Below are positions 14,944 through 26,900 of a stretch of DNA of 64,000 bases, piece after piece. This DNA is from Nematostella vectensis. Lineage: Eukaryota. The translations under genes and the position numbers were made by a program. The notes beneath the pieces are model-generated. The model had not been told where the DNA came from and made no database searches. It saw only the letters and a program-made list of their open reading frames with translations. How positions within the stretch are numbered: the first letter of the stretch is position 1; the number at the start of each line of letters is the position of its first letter. The stretch spans positions 3,248,996-3,312,995 of the forward strand of contig NC_064037.1 in the NCBI RefSeq assembly GCF_932526225.1, given 5' to 3'.

Positions 14944-16924
14944 AATATTTCATTAGCATTTTCTTTTTCGAGCGCGCGGGTGCCAGTGAGGCTTACTGAT
15001 GTTGGCGCTGTTGGCGGGTTTAAGACTACTTGTTCATTCTTATTACATCTTTAACATCAGATTATTGCGTGATGGGGAATAAGCCCCATTATGTGAAGAT
15101 CAAACTCCTAATTTGGTGTGCCGCCTTTCGTATTTATGCACACCAATTATCTCCGACAGCTTCCGCTCGTGAGACCCTACTTTGCGGTTCTGCGCCATTA
15201 GTGCCGACAAAACACATACTTCCTTGAGTCACTTACGATAAGTACGAGAAGCCAGGTAAGAAACAATAGCCCTGTGAGTGAAGGTTCATATCTATTTGAC
15301 CTTGATACCGCTACACACACATCTTATCACTTCAATTTATTGACGCACAAGGAACTTAATTCTTGTTTAATTGACCTTTTTGTGCGAGTATTAGGCGCCA
15401 CGCTAAACCTCGAAATAATCATAATAAGAATTTTGAGGATTCTATTAGGAATGTAAAGGCATCAGTTAGCAAGAATTCTATGCACTCTATTCGGGTAGTA
15501 TAGATTTTAAAGTTTTCAAATGAGAATGTTTTGGTGAACAGCGCCATTTTGTTTATAGATCGCGTGACCGGTGAACTGAGATATCATGAGCACATTTTAA
15601 TGCAAACACCATAACAATAAAACAGGCAATAAAGAATTTACTATCTCTAAACATAAATCCTATTCTTTTTCTTGACTTATACCTCCTGGTCGGTGTCGTA
15701 GCTTTTTCGGACCACCGTCTTCTCATGTTTGCTGATCGAAACGAGCAATATGCCGAGCATTTGTTCCCGCTGTTCGTGATAAAATGATAGTGTTACAGTC
15801 TTCGCTGAAGCAGGGTGGTTAAAAACGTCTCCTAAAAGCACCCAAGAGATGTTCAAAGCTCCAAGGGTTTAAACATGCAATCCTGCTTTGGAATAATCAA
15901 GGTACAACCCTAGAAAGTTGACAAAATCATATTTTTATACGCGCATAGTAGGAACATTTACAATTGATTAGTTTTATTTCGCGTTATCAAATACTTGTGC
16001 GACTACAACGATGGATTAGGTTTGTTTTTGTGAATTAAAAAACCTTAGAAATAAACAGTTTAATATGTTTGGTTTAGTTTCATATATATTTGAATAAATG
16101 TTTTTCAAAAGCTGTTCGCGTGGAAGAAATAGAACTCAAATTTGCAGTGTAGGTTCGCCAACAGGGTCGAATCGCATAAAAACACAGAAATATGCAAAAT
16201 TCGGTGGATCCGGTTTCGTACCGGTAAAAGGGGTTACAACCTCTGGGCCATAGAACTTACTATAGTTTCCACAGAGGCAATTGCCAATTTTTTTGCCTGG
16301 CCCCATTGTGGATCGTGTTATCCGAATAACAGCAAAATTTTTGAAGTTGCAATGTGTTCCATTGCTACCACTGCAGTACTGTACTGTACCTGAATACCTT
16401 GTTACAAAAAATACTTGGGTCACTTTAATATCGCGATACTCGAAATGTCGAAAAGAGCGCAAAAGGAAAACGTTCGACTCGAAAACTCGCAAGTCTATAT
16501 ATCCAAACCAGGAGCGTAGCTCCTAGTACGCCAAAACGCACGTGCGTATTTATACACGAAAAAAACACTCACTACACAGTAAACAAATTACCAAAAAGCA
16601 AGAGAGCATATGCTCTCTTGCAAAAAGATACTTTTTCCCCATTTGCTATTTATCTCATTAGCGGACGTGTTTTGTAAACCAAAGTCAGTAAATCAAATGG
16701 TAAATTAAGATTCGAGGTGCGCGATTATGCCCTCCTTTAAATTTAGACACAGCACAGCTTGAATTGTGCGCAGGAATTAGTATTATTAGGAGGGGTAGAC
16801 AGCTGCCCAAATAAAAGTATCACAAAAGAATTTAAATCTGGCATAAAACTTTTTGGTTTTACCCTATCTGGTGTAAGCGCACTGGTTTGGTCGACACACA
16901 AATTCCTCCAAATACCATCATCAA

Positions 16925-17140
16925 TTTCAAACAGAAAACATCATCATCATTATCATCATCACTTAACACAGCAACTTCACTTTTCACCCATACCACCATC
17001 ACATGGTCACACCATTATCATCATCATCATCATCATCATCGTCGTCGTCGTCGTCGTCATCATCATCATCATCACAAACACAGCAACATCGCCATTCACC
17101 CATACCACCATCACATGGTCACACCATTATCATAATCATT

Positions 17141-17171
<31 letters not shown>

Positions 17172-17760
17172 CTTAACACAGCAACTTTATTTTTTACCCA
17201 TATCACCATCACATGTTCACACCATTATCATCATCATTATCATCATCATCATCGTCGTCGTCGTCATCATCATCACAAACACAGCAACATCACCATTCAC
17301 CCATACCACCATCACATGGTCACACCATTATCATCATCATTATCATCATCATCACTTAACACAGCAACTTCACTTTTCACCCATACCACCATCACATGGT
17401 CACACCATTATCATCATCATTATCATCATCATCGTCGTCGTCGTCATCATCATCACAAACACAGCAACATCACCATTCACCCATACCACCATCACATGGT
17501 CACACCATTATCATCATCATCATCATCACTTAACACAGCAACTTCACTTTTCACCCATACCACCATCACATGGTCACACCATTATCATCATCATTATCAT
17601 CATCATCATCATCATCATCGTCGTCGTCGTCGTCATCATCATCATCATCATCACAAACACGGCAACATCACCATTCACCCATACCACCATCACAGTCACA
17701 CTATCATCATCATCAGCAGCAGCAGCAGCAACAACAACAAAATTATCATATAGCAAAAAT
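16925..17760. repeat. Compound trinucleotide minisatellite ((CAT)n/(CGT)n/(CAG)n embedded in an about 140-bp higher-order repeat x6)
   Basis: Unit cacttaacacagcaacttcacttttcacccataccaccatcacatggtcacaccattatcatcatcat...cgtcgtcgtcgtcatcatcatcacaaacacagcaacatcaccattcacc. It is the source of the His/Ile-rich spurious ORF 16759..17829. Confidence 0.9.
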
Positions 17761-18106
17761 AACACACTCTTCATTATCATTAGCATCATATCATCGGAAA
17801 TAGCCGGAAGAATTTATCGTATCTTATAGAAAAAACTGTATTTAATTAAATGTATTTTCTCTATTATAGAAGCTCCGCGATTGGATAACGGAGTTGATAA
17901 CATAAGTATTCCACACAGATTTGCGCAGCTAAGATCCTATCATTGTGGAAATTCTAGATCTGCTAACGAATGATGATAAAGTCATTCCACAGCCCCTAGT
18001 CAGGCGAAATCGTCGCAAACAACCACAGAGGCTCTCGCTCGCTTGCGATTCTAGCGATGAGGCGTAACTCGCTCAGTTTTATCCAATCCTTCTTCGAAAG
18101 CCACCA

Positions 18107-18148
18107 TGTTCAGACGCAAGAGACGCGCAAGCACTCTCCCTCCAAAGT
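18107..18148 (+). other. Candidate alternative 5' coding exon of MYO18 (MFRRKRRASTLPPK, 14 codons) with a Kozak-like ATG and a consensus donor
   Basis: gccaccATGttc... AAG|gtaaggct is phase 0. The acceptor-like tttcctttaag|AAAAAG inside exon 1 (19537/19538) is in frame with it and would join MFRRKRRASTLPPK to KKDKDKAGE.... No transcript evidence. Confidence 0.25.
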
Positions 18149-19521
18149 AAGGCTTTTTGAATAAGTATTTTGTAATTATTGGGCTAAGTAGAGATGGCTG
18201 GTGATAATGGTTCTCTATGATGGCAAGGCTGCGAGGCTGCCACGGTTTTAATGGCTTTTTTGTAAAACCTTGCGCGTCGAAGGCATGGTTTTTTGGAAGT
18301 GCATATTTTCTTATTTCAATATTTGAGTCATTATATGGCTATTTAGTGGACTCTTTTTGTAGTTAAGCTATCTTTTCATCAGTCGATAACTTAGACTAGT
18401 TGGACTAGCACAGCGCTCGTAACACCATTTTCAAATTATTATTTGTCAACTTTTAAGCCGTGCGTGCGTGTGTAGCTTTAGATAAAGGTCTTTGTATGCA
18501 GTTTTTACAATATAATCAATTATAAACCGTATCAAAATGAATAACGAACAGAAGCGTCTACGACGTGTGCCGCAGAAATAGCTTGAAAAAGTTGTGCGCA
18601 GCATGTAGGAATGTGCCGTTACCCTCTCTTGCGTGATCTTTTGCGTGACAAGTACGTGACGTATTTTCTCGATTCACGTTTCGTTTATCTGTTTATTCTG
18701 TTCAACGTGGCTGCTCCTGAGGCATGCATGGTTCTTTACGTCTGTGACCTGTTACTTGAACATGTTGTTCATATTTCATTAGACTTAAACAAACGAACCC
18801 GACTTGCTTTGGATTACCGTACTTTGTTTTTTCTTATTCCGCAAACAGGCTGCTTAGCTTCTGTCAAATTTATCTCACACGTATACTTGTCTGCTTAAAA
18901 CCTTGTTTTTACAGGATATATATCCATATGCACATTTTCTTTTTGAAAGTTTTGCCAAAGATATATTAAAGCTGTTTGGGATAAAATGAGAATTTGTACG
19001 AGATTGCGTTACACATTCGCACCGCCCTGACGATGTATCACATAAAATAATTTGACGTGTCAATAATCTTGTTTAGTACTGATGCTATTCTAGGTTGCAC
19101 GTATGCAGTTAGAAAATCTGCATGAAAAAGTATGTCATTCTTGTGTCTTAAATGTGACAAAAATCATGACAAGTTGGGGTCACACTATGGCCGGGTCGAT
19201 TGGTTCGGCTTGTTTGCATTCGGTGCTTGCTTACTCTTTTGTTCGGCGCCATATCGCTAAGCACTACTACTCCTGCATCGCTCGCACAACAGGCTCCCGT
19301 AGAGAGCGCCTTTTCATCCAAAATGCCGCTGTCTTTTCTGCCCAAAAAGAAGGTAAATGAGCCAGAGAACCCCTGGATACCCCCCGTGGGGAGCGAGAGT
19401 ATCACGTGATACCAATATTTTCCAATCCCTTGATTCATGAATTAAAAATTTGGCGGCCATTTATGTTGTAGTCGTGAGGGTAAACTACTCCGCATCTTGG
19501 CGTGTTTAGGAATCTAACAAT

Positions 19522-20928
19522 ATGTTTTCCTTTAAGAAAAAGGACAAGGACAAGGCCGGAGAAACCAAGGAAGAGAGAAGAGAAAGGAGACGAAGGGAGA
19601 AGGCTGAGAAAGAAAAGCTGAAGTTGGAGAAACGAGCGCAAGTGATAGCTGCTCAAGAACCGGCCATTTCTGATATCGTTGCAGGTAGTGGGAACGAGGA
19701 GGATAAAAAGGGCGCTGGGAGGTTTAGTTTCCGTAAACGTAAATACGATGTTGATCACGAGGTAGATAGCAACAACCCATCGCCTTCTTTGGAGCGGGCT
19801 GAGTTTTTAAATCGCGAGAGTCGATCGGGTAGTGACTCCGGGAGCATCGGGGCAACACGGTATAGGACAAGTGGGGACAGAGATTCGAGTTTGGACAAAC
19901 TACACGAGAACAACACACACAACGGTGGTTTTGCTGATCATAGGGACGGAGCAGAACCAGTTGCCAAGCCTCGAACACATAGAAAGAGCTCTAAGACATC
20001 AAGTCTTGATATTAAATTGAAAAACGGCAGCCGTGGGAGTGAGAGCGGAGAAGACGGTCAAGATACTATGAGTTATACCTCTGACAGATCTGACAGTGTT
20101 CAGGGTAGAAACAGGGATGATTCCTTCTCGAGGGGACGAAATTTCGAAGGAAGTACAGCTTTTGCTTTATCGGGAACACCCAAGAAGGATAGCATTAAAC
20201 GCGAAGCCCCAGCAAACCCACCTCCGAAACCTCCAAGAGTTGTTCAACCGGATGAGAGTGGAATGGTTGAGCTAAAGTTTATAAATGCCGGTGGATCACG
20301 AAGGACACCCAGACACGAACAGGAAATAAAAGTTTCTAGTTCAGTTAATTCTTACTCTGCACCTCCCCAAGATCTAAGTTTTATGGATACATCGATGGAA
20401 AACAAGCCAATTTACGATGAGAAGGTTTCGCGTGAGTATGCGGACGGTGTGTATTCGCAGCCCGAGGTCCTTGTATCACCAACTGAGAAATCGTTTGAAA
20501 GTCTCGGAGTGGATTTGCAACTACCAGAAGTTGTGCCAGCTAGTCCAGGGGCTCCTAGAATTATTCGAATTAAACGTAGATCCAGCGGTGACTTCGGCTT
20601 TGCTCTGCGAAGGGGTACAACTCCCGGGAGAGGGGACAAAACAGTGCATTTTGTTGAACCAGTTGGTCCAAACACGGTGAAGGGTATTTTACCAGGAGAT
20701 CGACTTATCGAGGTCAATGGCACGAATGTTGAGGACATAGACAGAGAGAAAATCATCGAAATGATCGCCATGTCAGGCGAGGAAGTTGTCATCAAGGTTT
20801 TGCCGGTTTCGGAGCTTTCAGAATTGAGCGTAAGAAGCGGTTTAGATGGTTCTTTTATCCAACTTGATGACTCGAATCTCAAAGCTGGCACGCTACAAAG
20901 AAGTGGCTCCAAGAGAATGAAGAAAAAG
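19522..20928 (+). CDS. MYO18A: MYO18 exon 1: start codon, KE-rich region, Ser-rich linker, PDZ domain (469 codons)
   Basis: ORF 19522..20952. Donor AAG|gtacgt at 20929. PDZ core [10 protein letters not shown]...[13 protein letters not shown]. Confidence 0.9.
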
Positions 20929-23900
20929 GTACGTGTTGAAATCCGCATGTAAACAAAACATTGTTTACGTCCTAGTTGCTGAATTTCTCGTGTGTTAAAC
21001 TCATTTGAACTTGATCGAAAAGTTAATGTCTAAGTACGAATCGATTTCTAGCAGTAAACCTCAAACCGATTATTTATTATTGTAATGAATTTCACAAGTT
21101 TGAAGTGAATTTGACCAGAATGTGTTACTTTACTTATCCAAACAGTGACCCTAAGAATACGGAATGTTATCATTTTGAGGTTTCAGAGTAACCGCAAAAA
21201 TGACTATCGGCTTTTATTGTTTATCGACTTGTATGATAATTTACTTTATGAAAGAATTTATCCTCATACAATGAGTTTCATGCTTTGATGGCTCTGGAAT
21301 GATTCCCTAGGGGTTCCGGAAAGTGTTATTGAAAGGTTTCTCGTGGAATTCAGGAGACAATTACACACACTCTGTTATCTTTATTGATCTTCTTTAGGTT
21401 ATTTAAGCTTTTCCTTGGGAATTTATAATAAATTCTAACTTAGACCAGCTTTGCCTTGTGAATATTACAACATCAAATACAATAAACACATCTTGATAAT
21501 TTATAAAACAATTCCCCATTTCCTTAATATCGTTTTATTGAATTATTATCACACAAAAAATACTGTAAAGCAAAATTATTTTGCTTGTGTTTTTTTTTCC
21601 AGAATTGATTGTCAAATTGATTCCTTAAAGAATGCAGACAAAGTCACCTCCAGATATGAGATTGCCCTTCCCATATTAATTCTAAAGCTAGAACAATTTC
21701 TGATTACATCCATGAGTATACACATTCAATTTTGAAATTCAAGTATAATTATATCATGGACTCATCCACTACATATTTCCTGACCAATATGATACAGTCA
21801 TCTTATTATAATGTCAGATACTGAAATAACTCCACATACATCACTCCCCAAGCTCTTGACCTCTGTATCAGGATTTTCAGAAAGATTAGATGTGATGCTA
21901 ACTTATCTCTGTACTGCTGTGGCAAATGAAGCTCACACTGATAAAATGTCTCCTTTTTACTTGATAAATTGTCTTTTTTTAATACCCTCTTATTTTAGAC
22001 ATCACAATCTTTACATACACTAAGAGATTTAGCTTGAAGAAAGACTTGTTTTGTCTGTTGCAGTTATCAAGTTATGGCTTTAATTCACACATAGATTATT
22101 TGTTTACTGCATAGCATGGCAAAGAATCCTGATTGTTTTTATTGCTGTTTTATGAATTAAAAAATACAACATTTAATCTTTTGTGTGGATCAGTCAATAT
22201 TATTTTGATCTTTACATCTAGTATATTGTATTTATTTTATATGAAAGTCAGCTTTCTGTATTTGGCCATATGAAGCCAATAAGGTTGCAGAGCAACCATG
22301 CAACTGTTTGAGACCCATTTTAAGTGCTGTTGTGGCTGGCTAAGGTTTCAAGTGTTATATATCATGATTATTGGCACACAGTGTTGAATTCATTTTAATG
22401 TCTCTAGAGACATATTGCCTTACAGAACTAACATCTAAAAGATATAACTTTGTATTTTCAGTCAAATCAGAGTCATACCCATAAAAATCATGGATGATTT
22501 TCAATTGGTTGCACATTTACCTTAATTTCCAGCCCTGCCTTATTATTATTGTTTATGATCCAGCTTGTTCACAGGATCAATATAAAGATAACCTTTCATT
22601 TGAAGTGTTTTGCCTTTTCATAGACTTGTTTTTATTATATCCTGGTACTCAACATGTAAAATAACCAAACTTTAATTATCCTGTCTGGATAGGAACACCA
22701 GATTGTATGCAAAATGAATGCTGTCTGGTGGGTTCAGACTTACTTTGTGGCTGAAATAGCTTTGCTCTTAAAGTGAGACATCTAATTGATAAAAGCGAGA
22801 AGTGGAATTTAGATGTTACAAGGAAATAGAATTTTAATTAAAAGCATTACTCTTGTAATAATGCTGCTTACTAAATCGACTGAAAAGAAAAGCATTGAAT
22901 TTTTTTTCAACCCAAAGAAGGACGCCCACCACCTGTTGCAATAGATCTCTAGTGACAACAAATACAAAGGATTTTCTTCTAACTGATAAAACTAATTTCT
23001 AATTAAATCAAGTTATTTTAGAAATTCAAGAAGTGTGTGGCTAAAAATATTGTAACTAAAAAAATTGACACCTGCAACCTTTTTTTTTGGTATACTTTGG
23101 AAGGTTCTTATTAAGGTGAAATGCAATGTTTCTGTAAACTCAGCAATTTATTTTCCTGGATTTCCATCAAGATTGTTAAAAAAGGCACCAGCAGCTTTTT
23201 ACTAATATTCGAAATACACAAAGGTAAATAAAAAGGTTGAACACTTTTTAGTAACAGGATTTTTGGCCGCTGCTTACTTAACCTTATTCAGACTGGGGGG
23301 GGGTCTGTTTAAGCCCCCCCTCCAGGAAAATTGCTTAACTTCTGAACCATAGCAGCTTACAGGCTAAGACTTGGTGACTTTTCCTAAAAATCTATCTGCA
23401 GACGTTTTGATGCCATTGACATGTTGAGGAGACACTCCTTGTTACAATGGCAACCGTTTTTTCACACATAAGTTTCCCAAAAACTGAAAAGTAGTGAATT
23501 TTTCATATTTAGGTCCTGTTTCTCAGATTTAATTGCCTGTTCTGACTTTATAAGTTTGTTAAGGTGACAAGTTTCACAACTGGGCTAGAATTTTTTACCT
23601 TAAATATTTTGGGGGAGGGGTGGGTAAATTTTGCTTTTCAAAGATTTACTAGATGACATTAAAAGGTAATATTATGTATTTATCATTACTAGGAGCAGTA
23701 ATACATGCATGCAAATCCTTTTTTCCAAAATAATGGCAGACCCAAGATGGCAGAAATTCTTACAAAAAATTGATTATAAACGCTTTTATGGCCTTTTTCC
23801 ATTGTAAAGCTGTAAAAAGGTTGATTCTGACATATCTGAACGATGAAAGATGATTTCAACCTGATATCTGATAATTTAAGTATTATTTAAAAGAATAGGT

Positions 23901-26900
23901 AGACATATTTATGACCTCATTGTGACATCATAGTTGATTCAACCACACCCAAAATAGGGCATGACAATTCTTTGCATGCTGGTGATCATTGTCTTTAAGT
24001 TTGATGGTCATAGCCTAAATGGTTCATGAAATACAGAAGGGAGGCTTTTTTAGCTCCCCTCCAGTCACAGACAGCTAAAAAAGCCCAGTCTGAATAGGGT
24101 TAAAAAACAATTTGTTCTACCTTTCTTTATTTTTATTTTCTTTTGATATTAGCTTTATCACTTACTTATACTGTAGTTGTCTTTTTTCCCTTTATTTACA
24201 GTAGAGCCAATTTGTTGATTTATATGTGACCAACCCAATTATTATTGCCCATGAGGTACATTAACTAGGCAACCCAACTGTGTAAAGGTCCACCTTTCAG
24301 GCGTTATCAAGCTAACACAAATATTGGATAGGCCCTTCAAGTAATAGTTAACCCCAAAGTCCTTGAACCCCATAACAGTTTTACTTTGATACACCAACGA
24401 GATAACAGCTTCTTAATCTAAGCATCATGACATTTGTGGCAAAGGTTAACCTAATGAACTGTCAAGCCAATCTATTGTGTTGTACTCGAACCAACAAGTT
24501 TCAGCATGTTAATGAAATAGGTTTATCTGAAGCACTGATGAAAATTCTGGTTTGCAAAAATCACTAAGTTTTGACTTTGAGAATTTGAGACTAGTCACAT
24601 TAACCAATATTCACAAGTAAACTTCAAAAAAATCAGTTTTGCTTTTGATCCTGCTATTATGATTCTTCAGTCTGTGCTAGAAAGCCAGGAGTATTTCAGT
24701 TTTTGTTGACTCTATAATTCTGAAGACTGTAGCTATGCAAGCAACGATTTTCATGACATATTGTGAAAAGGTACTGTACCAAATTCTAAAAATCACTGAG
24801 CACATGTATGCTACATTTATTGATAGCTCATGTTATTGTACCATTGTATTATTACAACAGTGGTTTGTTATTGTGACCTTTAAATATTTTTGAATGTGTT
24901 ATTTAAATGTGTTGGGTTTATGGGTTTAATTTTTGATAACCATGACTTGAGCAGTGATAAAAGCTTCCAAAACATCCTTTAAGGAAATAAAGCATATTAT
25001 GCCAGGTTTTTATTTTCAAATTTTAATTTTACATTGTTGTACTACTTTTGAAAAAGGTTGCCAGAAAAAAAAATGCCTTAAAACTTTTTTGTTTTCAAAA
25101 ATATAGTGTAGTGAATGTCATAAAGTAGCTCAATAATAGCATAGTTTAAGCACTCAGTTAATCAGTTCTACCTATTTACTGTGAACTGCTCCTTTGGGTT
25201 CCTTTTTCTTTCTTTCGAGCCGTTCTACATAGTTCTATTTAAAAAGAGTAGGAGTATGTGTGTGTAGGAATTCATGTTTATAGTATTAATCTTTTTATGT
25301 CAGGTCAAGCAATAGTGTAGACTCCATTAACCCAAAATAAATGAGCATGTCTATTTATTAATCAACTTATCTGTCTGTAAATCACCTAGCCTAGACAAAA
25401 AGCAAAATAAATAAAAAAGAAATATGTTAAGGTTCAGGTAAGCAGTTCTTAGTTAGGAAAAGAATGAAGTTTTTCCTGCAAACCAAAAGACAATAATGAA
25501 TAGGAACTGTTTCAGGAAAAATACTTTGTGTGATGTTTTTATAAATATTACACAAGAAAGCAGAAGTCAATAATTGTAATAGATTGTAGAGTGTAATTTG
25601 TCATTAAAAATACTTAAACATGACTTACTTTTTATCACATTTGAAATTATTCAAAATAGTTAGCGGTCCAAGTCCAAGTTTAGTGGATTATTCTGCAGTA
25701 CCCTTATTCATGTATGAATTATTCAACCACTGAGCAGTAGTAAACTAGTGTCACCTTTAACCAGGGGCTTTCCTGGACCATTTGTGTCACCTTTACCAAG
25801 GGCTTTCCTGGACCACTTGTGTCACCTTTACCAGGGACTTTCCTGGACTATTTGTGTTACCTTTGCCAAGGGCTTTTCCTGGACCACTTGTGTCACCTTT
25901 ACTAGGGACTTTCCTGGACCATTTGTGTCACCTTTACCAGGGGCTTTCCTGGACCATTTGTGTCACCTTTACCAGGGGCTTTTTTAGACCATTTGTGCCA
26001 CCTTTACCAGGGGCTTTCCTAGACCATTTGTGTTACCTTTGCCAGGGGCTTTCCTGGACCATTTGTGTCACCTTTACCAGGGACTTTCCTGGACCATTTG
26101 TGTCACCTTTACCAGGGGCTTTCCTGGACCATTTGTGTCACCTTTGCCAAGGGTTTTCCTGGACCATTTGTGTCACCTTTGCCAAGGACTTTCCTGGACC
26201 ATTTGTGTCACCTTTACCAGGGGCTTTCCTTGACCATTTGTGTCACCTTTGCCAAGGGCTTTCCTGGACCATTTGTGTCACCTTTGCCAAGGGCTTTCCT
26301 GGACCATTTTGAGCTCCAAGCCTGCCATTTAAATTTTTGGTCATTCTGGTGTATTTTGGTATATATATTTTTTTGCCTTTTAAAGAGATTAAAAAAAACT
26401 GGTTATGCCTTGGCTTGTGTATTGAAGGCAGTTAGGCCCGTGGTTTACAACCAACATTTTGTGTTGTGAGATATTTCTGTAAAAATCCCAATGCCCAAAT
26501 GTCTTTGTTTCATCTGTAGCCCAAGTCTGTGGAGGAGGTGGCATCAAACAAGGCGTGGCATGATGCAGAGAAGGTGTGGGTGGTCCACAAGGCAGGGTTC
26601 TCAGGTGGTAGGGTGCTGCGCTTAAAGCCGTCAGAGGGTGCTAATGAGGATGAGATGCCCATGTGCCAAGTCAAGCTGGACCATGGAGGGGAGCTCATTA
26701 CTATTGAGGAGGAGAACATTGAGAAGGTGGGTATAGAAAAAATATAGTTTTTTTAATCTGCTAGATTTTGCGGGCTTTGTGGATTTTGTTGGGGGAAAAA
26801 GCCTGCATACCCAAAATATGAAAGGGGAATACAGAAAAAAGAGCTGGCAAATGCAAGAGAACAGCCGGCTGCTATTTTGAACTCTGTGAGTGTTACCTTT

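Noticed and set aside
16759-17829. 356-aa His/Ile-rich ORF and overlapping 82-145 aa ORFs
   Set aside because: These are translations of the (CAT)n/(CGT)n trinucleotide minisatellite, with no start or splice context.
20412-20948. 178-aa ORF antisense to MYO18 exon 1
   Set aside because: It lies opposite a strongly supported coding exon (KE-rich plus PDZ) and has no independent support.
25748-26469. ORFs of 79-176 aa with repeating LSWTICVTF peptide
   Set aside because: They are an artefact of the 36-bp minisatellite in MYO18 intron 1.
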